From: Pseudovirgaria hyperparasitica
Lineage: Eukaryota
Assembly: GCA_010093815.1 (NCBI GenBank)
Contig: ML996578.1
DNA: 64,000 bases
Direction: 5' to 3' (one strand)
Shown: positions 25,441-40,500 of the stretch, in pieces
Layout of the letters: each line of letters starts with the position of its first letter
How positions within the stretch are numbered: the stretch's first letter is position 1
Program-made: the position numbers and the translations under genes
The notes under the pieces: model-generated
Told to the model about the DNA's origin: nothing
What the model saw: the letters and a program-made list of their open reading frames with translations, nothing else
The model's database searches: none

Positions 25441-28400
25441 ATGCCACGGGCCGTAGTCTCCTACTAATACTATAGTAGAAAGATTAGTAGTATATACTAT
25501 ATAATCCATAGGCACTATAACTCGGAACCGTATAGACGAGCACGGCTTGCCGCATCGCTATTATTATTATAACTATTAGGCCCGTAGCTACCACTATTAA
25601 CTAGGTCATAGCGCGGCTTTAGTACTCGTAGTTATATTAGTCGATAGAACTCTTTAGTTTGCTCTATTAGTGTTTAGCCGTCGAGCGTTAATTAGGAGTC
25701 CGAGCCTATAGAATTAGATACTTCTACTACTAATATTACCCTATATAAAGATACCACTATTTTCCCTAATCCTATTTCGGACCTAGAATCTATGGATAGT
25801 GTTACTAGTAGCTATAGTACCGATTTAGTATGTTAGTCTAATATATATAGTAGAAATGCTATATCTATAGCGACGAGGGCGTCTAGTACTATATATTCAA
25901 TAAAAACGTTCGAAGAGGAGAGCGGTATATATATTATAGTAGACTAGAGTAGACGTGATAATCCGTCCGACGTAAGTATATATAGTCTAGGTTTATAGTA
26001 GTAACTAATTTAGTAGGCCCGATTCGGTTAATTCGATAGTAAGTTTATAGAGCGCCTTATAATATAGACGAATCGGTTTGGTATTTCGAATGTAGTATAC
26101 GATAAATTAACTACTATCCTTAAATAGACTTCCGCTATACCCCCTAACCTTTTTATACTAAAATCTAATATCGTGCGTAAGTAGTTATTATACTACCCTA
26201 AAGGGATACCGTACGAAAGTTAGTAGCGTAGCTACGATATATTCGGCACTACCATAGTCGAATACTAGTATAGGGATCCGCTTATATTAGTGGAATTCCT
26301 CCTTAGGTACCGACCGTTCGCTAGTAAGCTCGTGTTTAAGCCGGTACGATAATTTACTAGTTTAGGCGACCGGGTATATAGTAAAGCCTACATAGTAGAT
26401 GGTTAGTAGGATATACACGCTACTATTCCGGATGGTGCCGTTATCGTCCCTATTATTTTATCTTCGGATAAGATAAACCTTACTAACCATAGTAGTAATA
26501 GAGTAGTATGGCTAGTCTACCTATCTATTTATAATCTACCACTAAACGTCCGCTTATCTAGGAGTCTACTATTATTTCTACTACTTGCTCTATTACTAGT
26601 AGTTAAGCTAGAAACGGTAGCGAATCGCTTTATGTTCCATTAGGTTATGAGTAAAGTTCTAGCCTATATATCCGCCTATAATAGAGTCGTTAACTATACT
26701 AATTATTATATAGTGTTATAGGCTATATAGAGTACTAGAGTATTAGTATTATATACCGATGGCGGCTCGCGTAAGTACTATCCGCGTTTAGCTTTATATA
26801 TTATAGATTTTCCGGAGTAGGTGCTTATCACGGGTGTATCCTATCGGTATACATATCTAACATATATAGTCCCTAGTAACAGACGACAGTATCTACGAGA
26901 AGCCATTACTAGTATATAGAAGTTCCGCACACACTCGTCGTTATAGGAATAGATTTACCGTATACATCGCCAGTTAATAACTAATAGCCATAGTAGCGAG
27001 TACACTAGTAGTAAGACAGATGATAGGATAAGTATACCCGGTGTCTTATCGTTTTCGTCGACGTCTTTCGCGCTAGTAGTATAGGGCTATTATATTCGCT
27101 AATCGGTTAAGAGTCGGTATTCTAGTAGGTGGATAGAGCCATTAGATAATTTCGCCTGGTTACTTACTAGAGTTAATATACACCGCGCGGTCGCTCCGGA
27201 CATTCTACATTAACTATATAAGGGCATATTAGAACACACGTTTAATTAGATAGTCTCGCATGTTATTAATTAAGAGCGTACGGGACATAAGTTAAAGGGT
27301 GTATTTACTAGTATACCCCCTATAGAACGAGTAAAGAAGGCGATCGATAAGCGATTCGCGTCTATTAGGGTATTTAGTCGTCATAACCTACTTATATATA
27401 TAACTTTAGTAATATAATGGACGGGGGCAATGTTTAAGCGTATACTAGTAGTGTTTATAGTCGCGTTTAAACCGCTCCTATGTCATAATCGACACTTCCT
27501 AAGCGTAGTACGGGCGGTTATTAATATATACATGTTAGCGGCGTACTATACGCATGATACGTAGACACTAGTATACTTAGAAGAGGCTATATTACGCTTA
27601 GACGACCTGAAATACTAGTTTATACTATATTGTGGAGATAAATCAGAGGATAATCATTTTAACTTTCCGAAGTTCCATGCATTATCGCACCTGGTCGATG
27701 CCATTAAATACTATGGTTCGTTACATCTAATGTCGGTAGAGCTACTAGAGTAATCTTATATTATAGTAAAGGAATTATATCGAGGTTTAAATAAGAGGGA
27801 GACGTTTCTATAGTAGATGCTAGTAGTAGATATACGCATAATAAATACTAAAATCTCTAGTAGTATAGAGGTGGCGGCTAGTACTAGTATATTAGTAGCC
27901 TCTAGCCTAGAGTAGCTCGATAATACACGTAAGCTGGTCGGCCAGCGGCGTATTCTAAAGGAGCCACGCCGGAGTAAACATATACTCTACGTCTTATAGA
28001 GCCATAGACTATCTACGTTCTACTAGACCACCGTTAGCGACCTCTACGACGTATATAGTAGTAGTTTCATGTTACTTAATATAGTTACACCCTTTATACG
28101 TAACTGTTATAATCGGCTTATTAGGGATAATATATTAAAAGGTATAAATATCGAATGTATTAAAAAGGACCCTTCGTAGGCACGGGTCCTTTCTATCTAT
28201 ATATACGAGACCATGTACGTGCCGATACGACTAGATAGAGACTATAAATAGACGAAACGTGACCGTAGCGTTAAAACACGGGCGCGTATCGTAAGTCTAT
28301 CGCTGTCTACCGCCGCCTACCGTAGTATACCGGCATATGCCGGCATATGGCGGAAGTTATAGTTTATATATAGTAGCACTCGATAGTCGTATCCTATACT

Positions 28401-28710
28401 AGGATATCTCTAAGGAATAATCGTGGTTTATTGCGATCGGTTCTATAAAAGGCTTATATTTAATAACTATCTATAATTTTAGCTAAGGAGTATCTAGGGA
28501 TACACCTCCTTATTACCTAATAATTACTAGCTAGTATAAAAACTCTACGCCTCTAAAAGGGGTATATAGAACTTAAAGGATCCTCATTCACGGATAGAAC
28601 TAGACGCGGATAGTATTAACCTAATATAGATAGATTATATATATTAATACCCTAAAATCCGAACTATGTCTCTAGGCCCACTAGACCTAGCTCATACCCG
28701 ATTCTAATGT
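25441..28710 (+). pseudogene. Plavaka-type transposase, RIP-degraded
   Basis: VIVPIILSSDKINLTNHSSNRVVWLVYLSIYNLP (about 26440-26545); RKYYPRLALYIIDFPE*VLITGV (about 26770-26840); APDILH*LYKGI (about 27190); HFNFPKFHALSHLVDAIKYYGS...VKELYRGLNKR (about 27655-27800). There is a possible N-terminal Cys/His finger. Ends are approximate. Confidence 0.88.
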
Positions 28711-29699
28711 TTTTATTATTCGCGTTTATGCCTCGTTAGATGCCGGGCATATAATAAGTCTATGGTTAAGTAAGTGTTAGGTACGTGACGAGTCTATTAA
28801 TGAATGAGTGCCGGGTATGTAACGAGTCTATATGAATAAGTATGAATGAGTATATACCGGGTATATAACGCTCTTACCAGGGAAACGTCTTCCTTAAGTA
28901 TCTCCCCCTCCTAATATTTCTCCTCCTCTTTCTTTATTCTTTCCCTAGCCTTATAAGTATAGTTAGACTTATATCGCTATATTATCGATATGTGCGTTCT
29001 TATATAGACCGTTAGAAACTACGGTAACTAGATGTACGTTCTCGTGATAGATAAATATACCGCACTAATGCGTCGCATTATTCGTGTTTAATATAAGGGT
29101 TCGCTACTACGATCATTCGTCGTTACGCTCGTCTATCTCTTCTTAATAATAGTACTAATCGATAATAACCTATTATAGAGATGATAGTTAGTATTACGTA
29201 CTTCTCTTAAATATTCGCATGTTAATATCGCATGAGCATATCCTTCGCGGAGGTCCTCTATCCTTCCCTTAAGCTACCTAGACTATCCCCTAATCGCTAA
29301 AAACTCTTATATCTAACTATTTCTACTATTTATTCCTCGGTTCTACTCGTTAGGCTTCGAACGACAGCGAACCACGATAGATTAGCGGTTATCTATATTT
29401 CGCGTACGCCGAGTTAGCATGCCTGAATATAATAGATAATAGTGTGTTTATAATAGTATATACTAGATCTTATAGTATTCCTCTTTAGCGGTAGATCCAC
29501 GTGGTCGTAAAGACGGCCTACTATCCTATCGTGCCTACATACTACGCTACTCTTTTATTATATATAGACGGTATTACTAGAGTAGGGCTATCGCCCGGTA
29601 AACTTAACGTTATATATAGAGTATTATATATTTAACGTCGTTATTTCACGTGCCCTATGTTAGTGCGGGATCGGATGCCGGCCGTATATTTCCCCGCCT

Positions 29700-31700
29700 C
29701 TATTAAATTAACGAGTTATTACTAAAAACCATGTAGACTACTCGCGTTAATATAGCCGTAACGTACGTGTTATACCTACGCCTATTATATAGTGTACATG
29801 TCTCGTCTCTCTATTACCCTGGTAATATATACTATTCCCTATTCCGTCTATCTATAGCTACGTCCGGCCAGCCGCGAATAAATAGCCGAGTAGAAGCGAG
29901 TCTCGACCTACTTCATATATTCAGAGCGTCCGACAGGTAGAAACTTCGGGTATACATAGAAGAGTTAATTTAGGAGGAATTTACTAGCCTATTACTAAAT
30001 CTACGTAGTAAGGAAGTGAAGGACCACCATATAAAACAAGAGTATTACCTATAGACGGTCGCGGATAAATGTATATTTATTAACGGTAGTTATACTATTT
30101 CACGGGTAGATGCCATATATTAACTTAATACTATATTCTTGGTATTTACGCGTAACTAGCGGCGGTTAGCTAAATACCATCATATACGTTAAAACGATGC
30201 CCCGGGCTAGATAAGCCGTCGTAATATTATATATACCCTATAAACCCGCCTAATATATCTAGCTAACCTAGTTATTCGACCGTCGGACTACTAGTATCTA
30301 TATCTCCTAAGGTAGCCGTGCCGCCGTGTTATATACGTATGCCTATAGTCCTTATCCGCGATCGTACTCGGGTCACCCTAGTACTAATAACGGCTATATA
30401 GAATGGCATAACGCCGTTAAATGTTAAGGGTGTAAAAATACGCGATATAGTAGGTCTTAGTATAAATAAACTATTAGAATTTATTAGCTCGTCTATAGAT
30501 ATACTAGGGGACGTAGGCGGTTATAGGCATGGTCGCGTCTACCTAGAGTACCTAATCCTACTAAGCGAGTTAAGTGATATAATCCTTCGTAAGGATAGTT
30601 TAGACTAGATGTTATAGTAGGCTATTAAATAGGCACTAGGCTTAGGACTAGATCGGGTGGTTTTCCGCGTAGGCGATATAAATAGTATATTTAGAAGCCT
30701 ACTATAACGTATTAACTATAATCTAACCATATAGAAACGTCGCGCTATGAGTATAGTAGTAGGATTTATCTATCTAGCGCGCGTAGGTAAGCTCGAGATA
30801 TATATATACCGATAGATATTGGTATATATCGATATGTTGCGACTACTAAGCGGTGTATACCGATATATGCTAGCATATCCGGTATATACCGGTATAATAC
30901 CGTCGCTCTTCCGTGGACATAACACCATTTATATATCTTAGGTTTTCGGTTATCGGTTACGTATAGTGTTATATATATAGCGGATACCTTACTAGATTTA
31001 GGTCTTTCATCGATAGTATATAGGTACGCCCTAGTCTACTCGATATAGGCGTAGTCGACGCTTTACCTACTTAAACGATAGACGTTAATGACGACGCGAC
31101 TAGTATATTTACCTATTATATTATTAGCTAGCTAACGTTATATTAGGAGAGTCGAGCGCCGCCGTCCTACCTACTCTACCTATCGATGTTAATATGCTAG
31201 CGATTATAACCTAATCGCCTTACGAATCGATATATAATGCTAGTATACTCGAGAGTTCGAGCGAACGTATAAAAGTCTAATATTATATACTATTTAGGGC
31301 CGGGAAGGAAGCGCCTACCGGCGTAGTAGTCATTAAGGCGATAGTGGAAGTCTATATATAACTAGACATACTAAGTCCGCCTCCTTCTTATATGGTCCTA
31401 TTACTAGATAATATTACTAGTTTCGATATTACGGGAGAGGAGTTTATAGACACGAACCCATGAATATTAGTATAACATCGGCTCGATAGTACGTATTACA
31501 GCATAAGGCAAGTTATATTTAAGCGGTAGTTAGACATGTACGCTAGTATACTAACGGATATATAGTATCTCTACCATGAATAGAATAGGTAAGGCATGGC
31601 TAGTAATATCTTACTATCTAGAAGAGATAGTTACCGTAGAATTTAGAAGATAGGCTCGGCGTCTATGGCGTTAGTATATCGGACGGTTGAACTTTCATAT
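29700..31700 (+). pseudogene. Possible RIP-degraded cargo ORF of unknown function
   Basis: Long protein-like frames (MPIVLIRDRTRVTLVLITAI.NGITPLNVKGVKIRDIVGL...) and a candidate GTAAGC...TAG intron at about 30787-30941. No family was recognised. Confidence 0.35.
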
Positions 31701-32131
31701 AACACTATTCACTTATACCTATATTTACCTAAGCCCCGATTCGATAGCCTTCTATAACGTACTATATACTCGGTCGGCGAGCTACTAGACTCATATAATA
31801 GTAGTATACTACCCCACTTTATATACTGCTTAAGCTACTATTACTTTAGCCTACGTTAATCTTAGCTTCCTTTAGTCGTCCCTGTGTTATAAAAGAAAAC
31901 TTCTATAAACCTTTCCTCTACTTATCTTGGTTTTTAAACCTAAATCTTACCTTCTATACTTTATTCCGTGTTAATTACGACTATATACGAACGCTACGTC
32001 GAACTCGACTCTATTAACCCTTAAGGTCCATTCTATATAATAGTTAACGAGGTTATATTTATAGTTTATAATATGGATCAAGAACTCGTTATATTTGGCG
32101 ATATTTAGGACTAGTCTACGCTCGACGTAAT

Positions 32132-32500
32132 TGAGCCTTACGTTTAAGCCGAGTCTTACGTTTAAGTCGAGCCTTACGTTTAAGTCGAGCCTTATACTTA
32201 AGTCGAGCCTTACGTTTAAGCCGAGCCTTACGTTTAAGTCGAGCCTTACGTTTAAGCCGAGCCTTACGTTTAAGTCGAGCCTTACGCTTAAGCCGATCCT
32301 TACGTTTAAGCCGAGTCTTACGCTTAAGCCGATCCTTACGTTTAAGCCGAGCCTTATGTTTAAGCCGATTCTCACGTTTAAGTCGAGCCTTACGTTTAAG
32401 CCGATCCTCACGTTTAAGCCGATTCTTACGTTTAAGCCGAGCCTTACGTTTAAGCTAAGCCTTACGTTTAAGCCGAGCCTTACGCTTAAGTCGAAGCTTA
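32132..32500 (+). repeat. 18-bp coding tandem repeat, about 20 copies (de-RIPed EPHVQA/V)
   Basis: GAGCCTTACGTTTAAGCC units in frame with the ATG at 32073. Confidence 0.9.
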
Positions 32501-35500
32501 CGATACGACCACCGTCTTAACCGATAATAAACCACTTATCTTTAGTATACTTACCGGTAACTACCGTCCTAACGACGAGTATAAACTTAAGAAGGTCCAA
32601 AGTAGTAAGGCTCCCGTTCCTACTTACGCTATCTATTAGATCTCTCTTATATAGAGCGATCTATAGTTAACCTTTAGGAATGTCTATAGTATTAGTAGAG
32701 AAATAGATAGACTTAAGTAGGAATAAGCGAAAACTCAAGCCGAGCTTAAGCTAGTAGTATTTAAGGCTCGTGGTAAAGGTCACGGCTTTAAAGAGTCGAT
32801 TAGTTGTATATATAGATTCCTTGAATTCCCTGAGTACCGCTCTTAGATTAAGTTGCGTGCTCGCTTCCGATGGATTAATAAAGGGAAATCGGTATCCTTA
32901 ATAAGCTTACTCCGCTTTAATCGTACTAATATTCTTCTATTATCCGACCACCCTACGGTGTAGATCTTTAAGGTTAAGTAAGTAGGCGACTTTATTAAGT
33001 ATTTTCCTAAACTTCCTAATCTTATTATAAGCAAAGCGGATAAAGCCAATATACTATATATTAACACCGGCCTCTACGAAGACCCTCGCGACTTTTAGGT
33101 TATTAAACTTATAGCTAGCGAGCTTCTTAGTATAGGTTTTACTATCCCGTTATATATCGGACCCGATATAATACACGAACGAGTGAAGTAATTCTTCGAA
33201 GATCTAGGTACTTATACTATAGTTCGTATCTTGCTACCGCTACGTAACCCTATGGATCTTACCGGCTTTAATAATAAGCTTAAACTAGAGAGCGATCCGA
33301 TTAATTCATGGTATATAGAAGTTACTACTCCCCATATATAATACGGTATAATAAGTAGGCCGGATACTTGGCCCTAGATCTCTATTCCCTACCGCGAGTC
33401 ATTTAATAAGAAATTTAACTACCTAATATACATCGCTATAAGCACCTTATAAGATGAATAGACGGATCTCCTATTATTCTAATTCCAAGACATTACTATT
33501 AGATATATCTAGCTCTTAGGTGTTACTCGGGCGCTCTTAGCTATCGTCTATCCCATTAATGCGAAAGGATTCCATCGCATGGAACCAGGTAGTCGTGGGT
33601 ACCTTAAAGTAGATTCAAAGGATTATAATAACGACGCGTACCGCTTTAAAGTCCTTCGATTTCGCCTAGGCGTCCTCCTATTCGAATGCCTTACTCTAAA
33701 AGTCTTTAATAAGGTTAGACGTCCTCCTAAAGCACCTAAGGTACCGATTATATTAATGGATACGGTTACTAATATAACTCGAGCTCGTCCTAAATATTTT
33801 ATTCGGACTAGCGATACTAGTTTAAGTACGATCGGGTCGTCTCTTATTACGCTTATAGAATTCACGGACGTTCCGGCTTTAGTTAGCGTATAAACCTATA
33901 ATAAGCTTACTAAGTAACGCATTAATACGTGCTAGAAACTAACCTACCATACTATATAAGCTCCTAGAGACGGTGGCGTAGACGACCACGCTACTTAGGA
34001 TGCGTTTAATGTGATGGTCCTTAATGTTATCGTAGACTTAGTATCTATGTCTCTAATGCATGGGTCCTCTAACCCTAATAACGAGATTCTAGATTATAGT
34101 ACGGAGCCTTAGGATACCCTCATTACTCTTTCTAAATTATCTATATCCCTAGATAATAATAAGAACATGAATATAGAACATAGTCACGATGTTATTAGCG
34201 ACGAAGGTTCCATTACTAGCCCCGTCGCCGATATATATACACTCCTAATATTGTCTAAAGTCCACTCTAGTATCCTATCCCCTTTGCCACCCTCCGTATA
34301 GGACCTAATACTTAGTAATAACTACCTAAATCTTTAACCCGTCGACTATAACCGCTACGTTAAAGATTATGAAAGATTCTACGATCTCTAGAATATCATA
34401 CGTTCGGAGCTATCTCCCTAATAATAGTATACCTATATATAGGCGACGGACGTACTTAGGGCTTAGTTCCTACTTCACGGCTGTAGAGGAGCTAGGAAGA
34501 GCTATTTATGGCTTCGTCTACTACTAGCTACACTTCTAATTAACGAAATGAACGGTGCTCCTATTATCACTCATACTACTAAGGTAGTTATCCTATCTAG
34601 CGATGTGATAGCGTACCTCCCTACGCTAGGTTCCATCTAAATATATAGGATATATATATATGTTATTATCGGCCTAACTAACGAAACCTACGACGACGCT
34701 ATAAGAAAAGTATATAAATATATAAGTAATATATTTACTCGCTATAAGTCTCTAAAGACACCGGTCGTTCTTCGAAGATGCCCCGAAGCCGTTAATCGAG
34801 AGGTTTTCTTTACTATAGCTAGACTATCTTATCGCGGCGACCCTCTTATCGGGCTAACCTAGGATGATATAATAGGCGGTGCCATCCTTACGTAAGTCTA
34901 GGCCGACCATAGTAAATGACTATCGGAATATAGCACGGATCCCCGTGCTCGTCTATAGAAACTATATACCGGTTACGTTGCGCTTAAGGTCGTTAGACTC
35001 GTTAAATCTCGATACTAATACGAATGGATCCCTAAGAATTTCGAGAAAGAAACGGCTCGGCTATTACGCGCTATCTATAAACGTTACGCTCGTAATAAGG
35101 ACATGCCTAAGGAGGAGCATAATAGGATGAACGAGCTATACCTCGCTACCTAGGACCTAGTTACCATCCACGCCTAGATTCATGTAGGGACCCTATATAT
35201 TATGAATATCGCCAAGGTAGCCCGTAATATATATCCGATTTTGGTCGTAATAGAAGAGGCTACGTGTATCCTTAAAAGTAATACACTTAGGATTATCGTT
35301 AATTACACTACTATGGAATAGTAACCGATATTTATTTACGTCGGCGACCTACGCTAGCTCGACACCTACTAGCGTGATAGTACTAATATATAGGCCGCGA
35401 ACTAGAGGATCTCCTTTATAAAGCGCTAGATATAATATAGTTTCCCGACTACTCGCCTTACCGAGTTAGAACGCTTAGTTCCTAGAATAATAAACGTTAT

Positions 35501-36489
35501 ATCGCTAATTACTTACTTGGGCGAGCTAACGACCTCGCCCTATATAACGAATGATATCGATATACTACTCGCAGAGACCGTTCGATAAATATTTAGAATC
35601 CGCGGCTATTGATACGTTATATACGCTAACATCGACGGGGATCACGTGTACATAGTAAATAACTTAATATATAATATAGACTTATTGCGTTTCACTTAGT
35701 GGATTATCACCGAGCTCTTCTGTTATAGCGTTGCACTTAATCGCGTGCTCTATATTTCTATATACGCCGCCTAACGTAATCTGTTTAAAGGGATAGTTAG
35801 GAACTCGCTTCTAACTATACTTACCGCAGCGGATAAAGCTTAATTTAATGCCCTACCTAAGCCGGTATAGAAGCTTATCTAATAGCGTTCATAGAACGGT
35901 TCTTAGGGTTATAATAACGATATAGTCCTTATCGATCCGGTCTAAACCAATCGCTTCGGCTTCCTCTCGGAAGTAAACCATAACGTCGTTACTATTACGC
36001 GCGCTAAATAGATAATGGTTATTATCGCTAACTTCGTATCTCTTAAGAGGTAGAAAGTCCTAGACGGCGTACTTGGCGAGATATAGAATAAGTGCTCTAA
36101 GATTCATACGATATACACGTGCACGACCCCCGACCTAGATGGTCTCCCTCTACTCTCTAACATGCCTAATCCCTAATACGGTCGCCCTATACTTAGTATT
36201 AGAGAGAGGGGAGAACGAAGCGATTAATAAACTACTAATAGTACTAAGCCCCGTAAGCCGCTAGTCTACCGTAAATATAACGTTAAAGGATATAAGTCTA
36301 TTAAGTATCTAAGAGGGTCGACACTTATATATAATAACTATTAGGACATCGGCCATAAAGCTAATGTTTACCCTAAACCCAAGACGCTTACGGGTACGTT
36401 TTACCATAATTATAGAACTACCAGTTATACTCGGCGTTATTATCCTAGCCGCACTAAATTACCAGCACGCATAAATAGTAATAATCTAG

Positions 36490-36580
36490 TTAATACTACT
36501 AGAGCTAATACTACTAGAGCTAATGCTACTAGAACTAATACTACTAGAACTAATACTACTAGAGCTAATACTACTAACGA
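36490..36580 (+). repeat. 15-bp coding tandem repeat (TAATACTACTAGAGC), about 6 copies
   Basis: Directly visible at the C-terminal end of the helicase. Confidence 0.8.
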
Positions 36581-37590
36581 AGTAACTACTAGCGGCTAGG
36601 ACGATAGAGACTACGAGGATACCGGCCGAGACGGCGGTGTTATAATATATAAAGACATGGAAGTCAATTAGTAATAGTATATAATTAGACTCACGTGTTA
36701 GGGCTACTTAGTCACGGCTTCTTAGTAAGTATACCTCTGTATCTATTTTAGTTATAGTTACGATATCCTACTAGGTAGATAGTTTAGCTCTATTAAAGAC
36801 CTATTAAGGGTATTTCTATTACGTTTACTCTAGTATAGACGCGCTATTAGATAATACGGCGCTACTAGGCACGTTAACTAGTACCTACCGATTAAGAAAT
36901 AAATATAATTCTATATCTACCGTGAGCCCCGGCCTAATAACGTAGGCTTCCTTTAGTTATCCCCTTTATACTTTTAAAACTACTTCTAGCCTTTATATTA
37001 GGAGATATTACTATCTAAAGAGAAAATATAAAAAAACATACGCCCTAATTAAAGCCTCTACCTTTAGACTTTAACTATAATATATACGGGATATAGTAAA
37101 CCTAAATATCGCGTACTTTAAAAGCATGGAAGGATACGACACTCGAATACGACGAAATATAGGCTCATAATACTCGGAGAGTACCTAGGGATAAGCATAT
37201 GAATATAAAATGGAATAAGACTAACGCGGCACCTCGTATATGCGTAGCCATGTGCCGTCCTAGACGTAGTTGCCTACGATATAATATTGCGAGATAAGAA
37301 TCATGGCTATCTAATTCTATTAAGGGTATTAGACGACATAAAGTGAATAACTACACGCCCGACCACGCCACGCCAAGTTACGTGCGTGTTATAAACGCGT
37401 GTTCGAGGAATAATAAGGATATAAACGAGGTTCACCTAGTAGGTGCCTCGTTATTCCGGCTTCTACCTCTATCGTCCGACCTATACCTCCGTCTTCCTTA
37501 CGCCCACGATATACTACGCGTATACTATATAATTAGTCCGTAAATTATAAATACTATATTAACTACACACGTTAACTACACACGATTAAC

Positions 37591-40500
37591 ATGTCGAATC
37601 CGATTCTATAACAAAGTAACCGTCCGAATATAGTAATTACTATAGTACTACTTCGTATCTTAAGCCTAGATATATAAGTAAAGCGTGAAGCTATGGAGGC
37701 GCGTATAAGGCAGCTATATATAGAAGTATATACGGCTACTCTACTCGTAGACTATGGACGTCGAACTAAGAACGAGCTCGGCGTAAAAAGAGTACGTAAG
37801 ATTATTAATAAGGTAGCGGGTAAATTCCTAGTAGTATAGGAAAGAGTAGTAGAGTGTATAGAGATAAAGGCGCTATACCATATCTATAACTAGGTACGCA
37901 CTATAGTATAGAAAACCGTATATTATAGAAAAACTATCTCCGAGTATAAGAAGAGGCGCGTAATTATAGCCCTATATCCCACGATCTTATAATCCCCGCC
38001 TATTACGACCTTATAACCTCCGCCTATCGCGACCTTATAACCCCCGTCTATTACGACCTTATAGCTCTCGTATACCACGACCTCATAGCCTATACTTATA
38101 GCGGTTCTATAGCCTACTAACGTATATACTACGAGAAAAATCAAATTCACGATTAGGTTTAACGATAACGTATTCCTCGAAATACTAGTACCTACGTCTA
38201 ACTAGTAGAAAGACTATAGCGACGCTTCGTGTGTTAATTTAGTAGTATTTATATGGCGAATTAGGGTCTAATACGTAATAAAGACTAGGAGGGCACTTAA
38301 CTAGAGCCGTACTACTATATATTCTATCGTGCTAGTAGTCGAGTATATAATAAGTAAAATAGAACTAGAGGTAGATATTAGATGGCTCCTATAGTTAGCA
38401 ATCGAATATATCCTAGAATATAGTAATAGTATAATACTCCTCGGCCTTAGATAGGATATAGATGGTATACCCGAAGTAAAACGAAATATAAACCAGCGAC
38501 TAACATATAATAGCATAGATGGCTATATATAGGTTACGCTCGAATAAATCCGCCCCTCCGTCCCTAATACTATACTTACTATAATTAGTATAATAATAGT
38601 AATAGAAAGCTACCGCCTATGACGGTAGAGATACCTACGGAGATAGTATTATAGGTAGTAGATAGTATTACCTAAACGACTTAACCCTTCCTCTAGTAAT
38701 ACTATATATACTACTATCGGCACCCGGGAAGTTGCGAGACCAATCTATAAGCTCTAAAGATAGTGACTTCGAAAGCCTTAAAAGCACCTTAGATATAGAG
38801 GATATAGATATCGCTTTTAAAGACTAATAGAATAATAAAAAGGGTGCTAGAGGCAGTGAGAGTAGCGTACGTACTTGGCTAAGGCGATGCGATCCGACGT
38901 AAGACGGCTTCTACCTACTATATATCGGTATATACCCGATTCTACTAGCTATATAACTATGGTGCACATGTTCGGTTAAGACGTTACGACACTAGTATAA
39001 GCCGGCGTCTATCTAGTTTACGTCGGGATACGCCCGGTCCTACTAGCTATATTATTACTACGACTATAATCGTATAAGATCCACTCTAATAATTAAACAT
39101 TTACTTATATACTTCACTTCCTCCGCACTTATCGAAATTACGTTATAATTACTAAACGCGGCGACTTAACTCCTACCGCCTAAATCTAGTTTTCATATCT
39201 TATCGCCATTAACGCCGTCTTACTACCTATGGCCTAAGTCATATATAGGAATAGATAGATATAATAAGAGTCATGACTATCCTAGTTTAACTACCGGCCA
39301 TAGAATGGCTAACTATGACACGCACATACGACGTGCAGAGGCCTTAAGCGTTAGCGCCCTCCTACCTTATATCTAGTACCTCCGAGGCCTATACCTAATA
39401 CCTAAAATAAGTTATAATATATATAGGGCTACTATTATTAAGATAGTAAGTAAAGAAGTAGTAATAGAGCTTGAAACTAGTAGTATAGATACTACTATAC
39501 TCCATAGGATAGTTAAGGAAACCATTACTAGAGAATTTAATTAGCATATCGCGGCTATAAATGGTAAGTTAGTACCGATGGTTACGACCATAGATATAAC
39601 AGAGGCTAAACTAGATATAGATACTATAGGCATAGATACGTAGACATAGTTACCGCTAGAACATAAGGAGAAAGATAATGTGGAAGATACTAAAATGGAA
39701 GACGACGTAGCTAGTATGCTTAGACATATATATATATATACGGTCCTAGATACTAACATTATCGGAGTAGTATCGAATACAGGCGCGGTTATAACCACTG
39801 ACATAGATAATCCACCTATAAATATCATCGTGCCTAGCGAAGCTTATCCACGCGTAAACATACTAGCCATAGAGATATAGTTATAGTTGCCGCCGGAACA
39901 TACGGAGAAAGAAAACGTGGAAGATACTAAAATAGAAGACGACGTAGCTAGTATACTTAGATATATATATATATATATATAGTTCTAGATACTAACATTA
40001 GAGTAGTATCGAAGATAGGTACGGCTATAACTACCGATATAGATAATCTACCTACGAATATTATCGTGCCTAGCGAAGCTTATCCACGCGTAAACACACT
40101 AGCCATAGAGATATAGTTATAGTTACCGCCGGAACATGCGGAGAAAGAGAACGTGGAAGATACTAAAATGGAAGACNNNNNNNNNNNNNNNNNNNNNNNN
40201 NNNNNNNNNNNNNNNNNNNNNNNNNNNNNNNNNNNNNNNNNNNNNNNNNNNNNNNNNNNNNNNNNNNNNNNNNNNNNNNNNNNNNNNNNNNNNNNNNNNN
40301 NNNNNNNNNNNNNNNNNNNNNNNNNNNNNNNNNNNNNNNNNNNNNNNNNNNNNNNNNNNNNNNNNNNNNNNNNNNNNNNNNNNNNNNNNNNNNNNNNNNN
40401 NNNNNNNNNNNNNNNNNNNNNNNNNNNNNNNNNNNNNNNNNNNNNNCCATAGAGATATAGTTATAGTTACCGCCGGAACATGCGGAGAAAGAGAACGTGG

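Larger units (their letters stand above)
32073..36674 (+). pseudogene. UPF1/NAM7/SEN1-like superfamily 1 helicase with three C-terminal CCHC zinc knuckles, RIP-degraded
   Basis: Walker A LHGCRGARKS (GxGGAGKS before RIP) at about 34479; VVIEEA at about 35247; VGDLR*L at about 35343; *GYNNDIVLID...FGFLSEVNHNVVTITRAK at about 35904-36008; knuckles at about 36267-36450. Confidence 0.88.

Noticed and set aside
31971..32520. ORF-track proteins of 146 aa (-) and 129 aa (+)
   Set aside because: They are off-frame readings of the 18-bp repeat. The likely real frame starts at ATG 32073 and is broken by RIP stops.
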